In this document: positions 41,843 to 52,345 of the stretch, in pieces
Position numbering within the stretch: the first letter of the stretch is position 1
How the letters are laid out: the number at the start of each line of letters is the position of its first letter
Origin: Macrostomum lignano
Taxonomy: Eukaryota
DNA: 64,000 nucleotides
Reading direction: 5' to 3'
NCBI GenBank assembly: GCA_002269645.1
Contig: NIVC01000019.1
Location: forward strand, 558,001-622,000
Program-made: the position numbers and the translations under genes
The notes under the pieces: model-generated
What the model saw: only the letters and a program-made list of their open reading frames with translations
What the model was told of the DNA's origin: nothing
Database searches by the model: none

Positions 41843-43235
41843 GAGATGACAGATAAGAAAGACAAGAAAGATGAGAGAGAACAGAGACATAAGTGAGATG
41901 AGATGGATACGAGGGACATAAGAGTTAAGTGAGATGAGAGTGATGAGAGAGAGACGAGAGACAGACAGATGGGAGACATGAGAGAGACAGAGAGATAAAA
42001 GAGGTGAGAGCAGAGGGATGAAATACGGAGAGATTGGCATGTTTGTAGGCGACAAAGAGTTAAGACAAATGTTAGGGGTAGGATAGACACGAGACTAGAT
42101 AAAAGATTGGGGATGGTTAACGAGGCTGAGGAGAACAGAAGAGCAGCGACTGGCCAACGCTAAGCGGAGATGAGCTTGCCAGATAGCAAGTCCTATTCAT
42201 TCGCTGCCTCCATTCTTCATTACAGCCTGACAGCCATAGTAAAGAAGTGTAATAGTGTATATGCCTACATGAGAACTGTTCATCGGCTCACAATGACACG
42301 AAAAATCTGCGATAGAGACTACCGAGCCCATGGGTAGAAGCAGATTGCGGTCGATACGAAACAGCCGTCCTAAGCCGGGCCCTTGGAGACAGGGGCCTGG
42401 ACCTTGACGATTAGCAATAGTTAAATTCGATAGACTTCATAGCGACCCCAATCTCTCATCTCTCGCTTTCTATCTCTCCCTATGGGATTTCGCCGCGTGG
42501 ATGGGTTTAAGGCGGGGCGTGGCCTGTCCGCGCCCTTTGTGCCACCCTGCCCCCCCCCACCCGACTGGGACCTTCGCCGCGCGCGTCAATTGATTTTGTT
42601 GCAGTTGCGGGGTCGCCCGCGCGTGGAGAGACGCTGGGATCCGGTGGGATGGGGAGACAGGGGGGGGGGGTAGTTTGTCGGGAGCACGGCTAGCTATAGC
42701 CGTATAGGGAAAGATTGGAATCCACTGCAGCAGTTAAGGCAACGGTTAGCTTGTTAATCCTCTGTCTGGTAGCCTTGGGGGTATTGTGACGCACTTTGAA
42801 TCACCGGCTAAGGATTATTGGGATTGGGATGGGCGCCATATACTCTATAATAGCCTCGAGTGAAACTAGGTCATTGCAGCTCACCATAGTATTGCACTAG
42901 CAATCCGCAACCGTTTTCAACAGCAGTCAGCAGCTGGTTGCGTGCAAATGACTTGGACTGAATCGGTGCCAGCGTCTTGTCGGCTGTTTTCTGTGTTTTT
43001 TCTCTCGCTTTGAGAGTCGATCGGATTGGCAAAGTAGATTTGTCGTGTTTCTGTTTTTTTGCAAAAGAAATATATCAAGTTTTAAGGCCATCTAGACAGA
43101 GATAGTTACATACAACTACGTTCGTACCCTGTGCGCGCAGGCTTAGCTTCTTATCTTAGCTTGCTGGGCTAGGCTTGGTTGATACAAAGCCTGAAGGCAA
43201 TAAAAATGAAGCAATAAACCTTAATTGTATCGACT

Positions 43236-43830
43236 GGGCCCAGACTAAACCTGATGGTTCACTACAACACTGGCGGTAAGATAAGCAGCACTCTTATCTT
43301 AGACCCAACTATAGGCCCAGACTAAACTTGATGACTCACCACAACACTGGCGGTAAGATAAGCAGCACTCATATCTTAGACCCAACTATAGGCTCAGACT
43401 AAACTTGATGACTCACCACAACACTGGCGGTAAGATAAGCAGCACTCTTATCTTAGACCCAACTATAGGCCCAGACTAAACTTGATGACTCACCACAACA
43501 CTGGCGGTAAGATAAACAGCACTCTTATCTTAGACTCAACTATAGGCTCAGACTAAAGTTGATGACTCACCACAACACTGGCGGTAAGATAAGCAGCACT
43601 CTTATCTTAGACCCAACTATAGGCCCAGACTAAACTTGATGACTCACCACAACACTGGCGGTAAGATAAACAGCACTCATATCTTAGACCCAACTATAGG
43701 CCCAGACTAAACTTGATGACTCACCACAACACTGGCGGTAAGATAAGCAGCACTCTTATCTTAGACCCACTACGCCCAAACTAAAATTGATAACTCATCG
43801 TAGCACTGGCGGTAAGATGTTTTATCTTAG
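43236..43830. repeat. 77-bp tandem repeat (7 copies plus 1 degenerate) with an internal 9-bp inverted repeat
   Basis: TGGCGGTAAG at 43271, 43348, 43425, 43502, 43579, 43656, 43733 and 43807; the unit contains TAAGATAAG-cagcact-CTTATCTTA. Confidence 0.95.
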
Positions 43831-45260
43831 CCCTAACGAGGCCCATGACTCATCGCAGTGGTAGCAGTAAAGGACAGCAGGATAGGAAGGAACCGGATTT
43901 GAACCTGGTCAGATCCCGTGCTTGCTAACTCGGACCTAAATTTGATCATAGCTATTAACAACTTGACTAGAAGGGTGAATGCCTGTGAATATTGGCCCTA
44001 CTAGCCTGGGAGATTTTCTGGACCACTTCAGGGGGCAGCTTCGCACCTGCGTAAAAATCGAGAGCCATATCCCTCAAGCGGCCTGACGCGCACCTATTTA
44101 AAATGCGGCGGGGGCGGGGGGATCGGGTCTGTGACGCTAATTGATGGCACCAGGTGGTTGCTGGGCAAACAGGCCATCCTGTGGAGTGCAATTGAAGAAT
44201 TTCTGGAGGATTTGACGAAAAAAAGTCAATGGCATTCCAGGCCTCTACAGCCGCGAGAAATCCACCTGCGCTTCGCTTGCGCCGGAAAGTGGCTTTAATG
44301 AAAGGATTTCCAGCACCTGAACCTTTGCATGCAGAAAAATGGTTAAAATCCAGTGAAAAATTTTCTTATAAATTGAACTCAATTAAGGTAAGAAATGTAA
44401 ACGTTTGCCGTGTACTTTTATTGGAAACTAATATTTGATTTTCACTGGAGGCCCACTCTTATTATAATTTTATCAGAATCTTATCAGAACTGAATTCAAA
44501 GTAAAGTAAAACTTAAGTTTTATTTATGAATTATAATAATAATTAATAACCGATAACGCGACCTCTACAAACGACCGCAAACTGTCGGCAACTTCAAGTG
44601 TAAGGCTCTTGACAGTTGGGCTTTCAGACACTCCTTTGATAACCACTGTGCTCAATAAAATACGAGTATATAATAACGCTACTTTTGAGTGGGTCCTCTT
44701 CATAAAATGATTGAGAGCAATGAAGACTGCTGCTTTATAAGTCTTGCCGTGATCATCTTCAGAACAGCAGCGGGAAAAGCTTCTCAGCTTTCAGCAATTG
44801 GAAAGGCTCTCCCTCTCTCTCGGTTCACTCACCCTGCATTGCCGGCTGGCCTCTAAAACTGCTTTCGATTGAAGAGTCCAATCAATTTTTCTATTCTCTC
44901 CTCCCCGTCTGCTTTTAGGCGGGGGCAGCAGCAGACTGGAGTGGCGCAAAGTGCTGCGCGCAGCCTCGCAACGCCCAATGGCTTGGAATGAAGTGCGGAC
45001 TCAGAGATTCTAAGCTGAGTGCTTGGATGGGCGAGCGGGCGAGCGAGTGGCTGAGCGATTGGACGGCTGGAGAGTGGCGACTGCGGGGGTGAAGCTTTTG
45101 AAGGCTCAGAGCAGATCAGCAGGGCAGTCTGGCAGTTAATCAGTGCCCAAGTCTAGCTGTTTTAGTCAGATATTAGAAACCTGACGAAGGCGCATCAGAC
45201 ATTTAAATAGCAACATTTTACGCAAGTATTGCGTTAAGTGAGTTTAAGTGACGCTGACGT

Positions 45261-45325
45261 TCACAATTTCTACCTTCACAATTTCTACCTTCACAATTTC
45301 TACCTTCACAATTTCTACCTTCTAC
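45261..45325. repeat. 15-bp tandem repeat CACAATTTCTACCTT x4
   Basis: Direct reading. Confidence 0.9.
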
Positions 45326-45376
45326 CTAAGGTAACAGCTCAGGTCACCTCAAATTGAATTTTAGTTTACGCTTTGC

Positions 45377-47714
45377 TAGGGAGGGGGTAGCGGCAGCTGA
45401 CTGACTCACTGGGAAGGGGGTAGCGGCAGCTGACTGACTCACTGGGGAGGGTGTAGCGGCAGCTGACTAACTCACTGGGGAGGGGGTAGCGGCAGCTGAC
45501 TGACTCACTGGGGAGGGTGTAGCGGCAGCTGACTGACTCACTGGGAAGGGGGTAGCGGCAGCTGACTGACTCACTGGAGAGGGGGTAGCGGCAGCTGACT
45601 GACTCACTGGGGAGGGTGTAGCGGCAGCTGACTAACTCACTGGAGAGGGGGTAGCGGCAGCTGACTGACTCACTGGAGAGGGGGTAGCGGCAGCTGACTG
45701 ACTCACTGGAGAGGGGGTAGCGGCAGCTGACTGACTCACTGGGGAGGGGGTAGCGGCAGCTGACTGACTCACTGGAGAGGGGGTAGCGACAGCTGACTGA
45801 CTCACTTGAGAGGGGGTAGCGACAGCTGACTGACTCACTGGAGAGGGGGTAGCGACAGCTGACTGACTCACTTGAGAGGGGGTAGCGACAGCTGACTGAC
45901 TCACTGGAGAGGGGGTAGCGACAGCTGACTAACTCACTGGAGAGGGGGTAGCGGCAGCTGACTGACTCACTGGGGAGGGGGTAGCGGCAGCTGACTGACT
46001 CACTGGAGAGGGTGTAGCGGCAGCTGACTGACTCACTGGAGAGGGGGTAGCGGCAGCTGACTGACTCACTGGGGAGGGTGTAGCGGCAGCTGACTGACTC
46101 ACTGGAGAGGGGGTAGCGGCAGCTGACTGACTCACTGGAGAGGGGGTAGCGGCAGCTGACTGACTCACTGGGGAGGGGGTAGCGGCAGCTGACTGACTCA
46201 CTGGGAAGGGGGTAGCGGCAGCTGACTGACTCACTGGAGAGGGGGTAGCGACAGCTGACTGACTCACTGGGGAGGGTGTAGCGGCAGCTGACTAACTCAC
46301 TGGAGAGGGGGTAGCGGCAGCTGACTGACTCACTGGGGAGGGGGTAGCGGCAGCTGACTGACTCACTGGAGAGGGTGTAGCGGCAGCTGACTGACTCACT
46401 GGGGAGGGGGTAGCGGCAGCTGACTGACTCACTGGAGAGGGGGTAGCGACAGCTGACTGACTCACTTGAGAGGGGGTAGCGACAGCTGACTGACTCACTG
46501 GAGAGGGGGTAGCGACAGCTGACTGACTCACTTGAGAGGGGGTAGCGACAGCTGACTGACTCACTGGAGAGGGGGTAGCGACAGCTGACTAACTCACTGG
46601 AGAGGGGGTAGCGGCAGCTGACTGACTCACTGGGGAGGGGGTAGCGGCAGCTGACTGACTCACTGGAGAGGGTGTAGCGGCAGCTGACTGACTCACTGGA
46701 GAGGGGGTAGCGGCAGCTGACTGACTCACTGGGGAGGGTGTAGCGGCAGCTGACTGACTCACTGGAGAGGGGGTAGCGGCAGCTGACTGACTCACTGGAG
46801 AGGGGGTAGCGGCAGCTGACTGACTCACTGGGGAGGGGGTAGCGGCAGCTGACTGACTCACTGGGAAGGGGGTAGCGGCAGCTGACTGACTCACTGGAGA
46901 GGGGGTAGCGACAGCTGACTGACTCACTGGGGAGGGTGTAGCGGCAGCTGACTAACTCACTGGAGAGGGGGTAGCGGCAGCTGACTGACTCACTGGGGAG
47001 GGGGTAGCGGCAGCTGACTGACTCACTGGAGAGGGGGTAGCGGCAGCTGACTGACTCACTGGAGAGGGGGTAGCGGCAGCTGACTGACTCACTGGAGAGG
47101 GGGTAGCGACAGCTGACTGACTCACTTGAGAGGGGGTAGCGACAGCTGACTGACTCACTGGAGAGGGGGTAGCGACAGCTGACTGACTCACTTGAGAGGG
47201 GGTAGCGACAGCTGACTGACTCACTGGAGAGGGGTAGCGACAGCTGACTGACTCACTTGAGAGGGGGTAGCGACAGCTGACTGACTCACTGGAGAGGGGG
47301 TAGCGGCAGCTGACTGACTCACTGGAGAGGGGGTAGCGGCAGCTGACTGACTCACTGGGGAGGGGGTAGCGGCAGCTGACTGACTCACTGGAGAGGGGGT
47401 AGCGACAGCTGACTGACTCACTGGAGAGGGGGTAGCGACAGCTGACTGACTCACTGGGAAGGGGGTAGCGACAGCTGACTGACTCACTTGAGAGGGGGTA
47501 GCGACAGCTGACTGACTCACTGGGGAGGGGGTAGCGGCAGCTGACTGACTCACTGGAGAGGGTGTAGCGGCAGCTGACTAACTCACTGGAGAGGGGGTAG
47601 CGGCAGCTGACTGACTCACTGGGAAGGGGGTAGCGGCAGCTGACTAACTCACTGGAGAGGGGGTAGCGGCAGCTGACTGACTCACTGGAGAGGGGGTAGC
47701 GGCAGCTGACTGAC
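45377..47714. repeat. 33-bp G-rich minisatellite GGAGAGGGGGTAGCGGCAGCTGACTGACTCACT with 660-bp higher-order blocks
   Basis: 11-aa period on the minus strand; equivalent ORFs at 45632/46292/46952 and 45929/46589 (660-bp offsets = 20 units). Confidence 0.96.
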
Positions 47715-48120
47715 TAGAACTCCAAGATTCCAAAAGCCTAGAACAATAAAGGACATGCTTATTGGTAGAAGTAAATTGAATAGGACTTTCCCATACATCC
47801 AAGCGATCGACAATTCGCATGCAGACGAAACAAAGTGATGAAGAAAAAGTTCTCAACTGCCTGGAACTGTGCCAGATTGGGGAACCGGCTTACGACACGG
47901 TCGGTCACGCAATGGGAGTGGTGAGGCAGAGTATCTATCAATCACACAAGCTCTTTGGACGCGACTATTTTATGCATTCGATTCGGTTGCAATCCTACTT
48001 TTTCTGTTCCATTTTGTTTTGCTGCCGAAGAAGTGTTTTTCTGTGATTAAAACCGGATAAAATTACAAGTATTCGATCAGGCCCCAATCGATTATCTGTA
48101 ACGATTGTCAATAGTTCAGC

Positions 48121-48560
48121 CTACAGTGTCCTCAAATACTTTCTCTCAAATTTCGCCAGCCAATCTGCACTTTCTTCGAACCATTGCTGCATGACGAATT
48201 GACGAGTTTCTTTAATCGGTTTTTTCTCCAACTTTTTTGCTCTGCGTGGCTTCTCCAAGCACAGGACAAACAGGCGCTCCAAGTGGATAGGATGGGCAGG
48301 CAAAACTCCGCCGCGAAAGACAGGCTCGCTATATGCAGGTCCCACAGTCACGCCACTTTGCGAGAGCTCAGAAATCAGGACTGGCGTTAGTTTGAGTCAC
48401 TATATACTACTAAGCCTTTAGTACGGGTCCTCCATTGGTAAGTGTCAACAACATTGCATCGAAAACAGCATAAGCAATGATGAGGCGTTCCAGCTGCAGT
48501 GTGGCGCCGTTCGAGAATTTATTTTTATTAACTTCCCGAGCAGTCCTTGGTTGCCTGCAT
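48121..48560 (-). mobile_element. Degenerate pogo/Tigger (CENP-B-type HTH, Tc5-like) coding fossil, two tandem copies
   Basis: Minus-strand translations LQLERLIIAYAV...NGGPVLKA**YIVTQ...PDF*ALAKW and PIHLERLFVLCLEKPRRAK...FEESADWLAKFERKY resemble the recalled consensus PELE.AL..W...R...PISG..IK.KA...FKAS.GWL.RFK.R. In-frame stops present; no DDE domain or TIRs found. Confidence 0.4.
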
Positions 48561-49429
48561 CCTGCCAGCCCGGTAGCCGGGCCCTTCCTGACGATTCTGA
48601 AAAAATCCTTAGCGTGCCCACTGGGAGAGGAAATTTCATGGGTTGCGGTGGGCCAGCAGAGCGAGAGAGGCCGATGAGTGACAGATCGAATCGCTGCGGG
48701 AGTCCAGCCAGAGACAGGGAATCAGGCAGTGATGAGAGAGGGGGATCTTGAAGGGTGATTGCGACGTGGGTTTCGTATCATTATAGGCGTACATGCAGCT
48801 ATCATGATAGGTAATTGACACGATCAAAGCTCAATCAACATGGGAGGCTGAAGTTTTTAGGATTCGAGGAACTTTCAGCAGAGGATTTTAGAGGTCGCCT
48901 CAGTGAACTGAGAGCATTTGTTTTTAGCGTCAAGCTACCGAGTGAAGAGCTGCAGAGTACTATACACAGTGCCGTCTCCTCTCGCGGTCAATCTACTCTA
49001 TTGATTCCCATCTGTTAAGCCTCTCTAGCCTCGTAAGCATATTATAGATCCTTTGTTTCCCTGGGAAGGGGATCATGCAGAGAGGCGGAGGAGTGGCTCA
49101 CACAACTACTCAGCTGGGTGAATATTGTAAAAAGCACTGCCGGCATGTATTACGGTGCGCCATTGGGCGAGTGATCGAGCCAGCATAATTCCAATTTCCT
49201 CCTCTAAATGGGAGCCAATTCCATTTTTTCTCCTTCCCTCTCTTGCGCGTTTCTGTGGTTTCGTTTCCGCTTCTAAGGCCGGTCGGCTGGCGTCAAAAAA
49301 TGAGAAGATCCGAGGCAGAAGGGGGGGGGGCGTAGCGCGGAGGTCCGATCACTAATACTGCTGGGACTGCGCGACGCTCAATGCAATTCAGATCCAATTT
49401 CCCAATCGAAAATGCCCCGTTACCGAGGT

Positions 49430-49541
49430 ATGTTTTGCGTATGCAATGCAAGGACCACTATAAGTTACCATTGTATCTTTCCGTTCATACACGTTGATAC
49501 AACGGGTAACTTCTAGTGGTCCTTGATGCAATGCAGAACAT
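49430..49541. ncRNA. Pre-miRNA-like imperfect hairpin (candidate)
   Basis: CAAGGACCACTA (49449-60) pairs with TAGTGGTCCTTG (49514-25), AAGTTACC with GGTAACTT, TTGTATC with GATACAA; 18-nt loop; lower stem ATGTTTTGC/GCAGAACAT. Confidence 0.4.
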
Positions 49542-50440
49542 GTTTCCTCCTGCATGCGGTGTTGTTTCCCCAGGGCTATGCAACAGTAAGAGTACCAAAC
49601 TGGGTGATTTTTTCTACATTACAGGAGGAAGCATAATTAATGATTAGGTTTATTCGAGCATTTTAGTGTGCCTTGCCAGAAGAGGCATTTTCAGTAGCCG
49701 AAAAGTTACTCTCAGTCAAATCAATGTGCAGTGCTCATGACGTTGATTAGCTAATTAAACAGTCATTATACAATAAGCCTCGGAAACATTTAACGAAGTA
49801 ATTTGAGTATCCGAGATCGTAAGATGTGCCAATGCCAAATTATGCAAGGTACCATGCAACCAGTACTGTCACAAGCCCAGATTATTTGTTAGAAACGCAG
49901 TGCACATGATTTTTTACAAAATAAACTTCTTTCAATGACGTAAATAATTGTTGCAAACAATCTTTAGTGCTTGCTGCTTGACGCAATGATGGGGTGTCAG
50001 CCTCATGGGACTTACGGACAGGGGTTGGGTATATGGCAAATTCAATGCATATGCTGAGCTCCATGGAAGTTAAATAAGGCAGCCGAATGAACTATATTTG
50101 CTATACTATAACCTCGAACGGCACGAAAAGTAAACACAACAGAAACAACGGCAGACAGTCAGGCGAGTAAATAAGAGTGAAATACTCATCTTCTCTAAAC
50201 CGTTCCTTCCTGGACTGTCTTACATTTTAAGAAGCATATTTGCTTCACAGTGACACGCATTTTTTATGTCAAATTTTCGATAGGCGGAAACTCAGTCCGA
50301 CATGACAGATTGCTAAACCAAAATGATTTCTGCTTGAAAATACGAGTACCAAGGCACTTTATTTAATAACAGAATTTTCATTAGTCTATTGAATTAAACA
50401 AGGTGCTACAGCAGCTACACCAAAAACCAGATTTGCCTCA

Positions 50441-50734
50441 TGTCAAGCTGAAGGAGGTGCTACTTATTCTCGACATGGACTGGGTCATTTGCCAAGCTGA
50501 ATATGCTACTTATTCTCAACATGGACTGGGTCATATGCCAAGCTGAATATGCTACTTATACTCAACATGGACAGGGTCATATGCCAAGCTGAAGAAGGTG
50601 CTACTTATTCTCAACATGGACTGGGTCATATGCCAAGCTGAAGAAGGTGCTACTTATTCTCAACATGGACTGGGTCATATGCCAAGCTGAAGAAGGTGCT
50701 ACTTATTCTCAACATGGACTGGGTCATATGCCAA
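50441..50734. repeat. 49/46-bp minisatellite, about 6 copies
   Basis: Unit TGCCAAGCTGAAGAAGGTGCTACTTATTCTCAACATGGACTGGGTCATA; period 49 at 50581/50630. Confidence 0.93.
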
Positions 50735-50794
50735 GGAGTTGTAATGTCAGCAATGATTCTTGTTAAACGATCGTAAGCTTTGACTTGCAACTTC

Positions 50795-51819
50795 TCAATT
50801 AGCACAGAAAGCTTCTAGTTGCTTCAGTTCGTCAATCGACAGAGATTCGTTGGCTACAGCGTAGCAGACGAATCGAACTTTGAAAGCGTTTGAGTGAACG
50901 CTGCTGTAGCCAAGGCGTAGGCAACGCGGCGGGCCAGAGTGAGACGCGCTTTCCAATTCACCACGGAAAAAAAGATGGCTAAGACTGCTGCTATTGAACA
51001 CAGCACCGGCTGACACCATCTGATTATCCAGATTCAAACTGCGCATCAGGGCATCGGCCTTGTAAGCTACAATGCTCTCCAAACCATTCAGACTGGAGGA
51101 GAACGGATGGACAATAAGCAACCGCTTGTCGTCGTAGGAGAACTCGCCTACGCAATCCTTTGAGTAGGAATCGTACAAACAGTGACAGATGGACCGATCG
51201 CTACCGCGATACAGAGCGGCGTAGAAGGTAAATTGCTTCAGCTGGCTCAGATAAGTTGCCGCATTTCCGATTCGGTGGAAACTTCGATGAAATCATCCAT
51301 GCTTCCTGTCGGAAAAACTGCACCCAGGTTGTTTCTGCTGACGGATCCGTGAGGAACGGCGGAGACCCTGCCCAGATTGCCCAAGTTCTTGAAGCCGTGT
51401 CTAAAATCAAGGAATAAATCCAGCTTAGACTGGAGAGAAGAACTCAGGTTTGTTGTTTTCTCCTCCGGACTGTCAGCTGTCCACTCCCAGGTCTTGACGT
51501 GGCTTTCGCACGGCTCCGATCCCGGCAAACTGTTGTTGGCAGAAAAATTGGCCGCTAACTGCTGGTAGCTGGCGAGGTAGCAGGACGACGCTGAGCTATT
51601 CACGAACACTGAGGAGCAGTTCTTCAAGGCGGCGCATTCGACTATGCAAGAACGCGAGTGCCAACTGCCGTTCAGCTTGGCCAGCTGACTCACAATCGAA
51701 CCGCTCGGGCACGTCTGCACTTTGGTGAAGTTCACCTTCAGATTTAGAATTACCTCGCAGTGCGACGCCTTTATTAAGCACAGCAGACAAGCCACTAGAA
51801 GCAGATTATTTCTTGGCAT
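50795..51819 (-). CDS. Secreted PAN/Apple plus LamG/ConA-like protein (about 341 aa), intronless, single-base frameshift near 51280
   Basis: Signal peptide MPRNNLLLVACLLCLIKASHC; PAN-like Cys spacing (CPSG...SCIVECAALKNCSSV...SCYL); LamG-like LDLFLDFRHGF...GAVF...DDFIEV, continuing in another frame as HRIGNAATYLSQLKQFTFYAALY... to stop 50795. TATATAAGG on minus at 51946-51938. Confidence 0.65.
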
Positions 51820-52345
51820 TGTTTCCAGAATTTGGCAGCGGCTCGCGTTGCCAAGTCGAAGTTGACTTCTTTTGTCCGCAATTTCTGCCACAGGAACTTA
51901 GCAGAGTCGTCGGAAACCAGAAAGTAAAAAGAAGCTTCCTTATATACCGACGCACCCAGCCAGCAAAGAAAACTTTAATTTTCTTCTACCAAAACGGAGA
52001 CCTAAGCAAGAAGAGCTGCTCTGAGCGGAACTGGTTGGTACTGCAAGACGGCATCTTTCTGGCGCAAAATCAAATCGATAAAGTTGCCCCCCCGCCCACC
52101 AAGGCAACAGACTTTCCTCCAGTTGATCCCGGAAAATCAACTGAAGCGAAACAGCTTGTGCACAGCATATTTTATAACAGGAAACCTCGTTCAGAACAAT
52201 CAAGCATAATATAGTTTGCAATCAGTATGTAATTCATTCCTTAAAGTATTGCATTTATTAAAATAAATTCAATATCCAGAAGGACAGCTAGAAATGCGCA
52301 CAGACGAAACAGACATGAAAAAAAATCGACAGAGAGAGAGAGCGA

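Noticed and set aside
43236-43830. CRISPR-like appearance (hairpin repeat with regular period); likewise the 38-bp array at 58699-59338
   Set aside because: No unique spacers, no cas genes, eukaryotic context.
43890-43930. B-box GGTTCAAATCC on the minus strand
   Set aside because: The A-box-like sequence is only about 10 nt away and no cloverleaf or SINE body is recognisable.
43967-44438. Short ORFs and possible exons on both strands
   Set aside because: No recognisable family and no convincing splice chain.
45632-47856. Mucin-like SQSAAATPSPV repeat ORFs
   Set aside because: Translation of the 33-bp minisatellite, broken by stop-containing variants, with no flanking start or signal peptide.
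47819-48046. HTH-like TVGHAMGVVRQSIYQ in a short plus-strand ORF
   Set aside because: Too short and weak; no transposase continuation.
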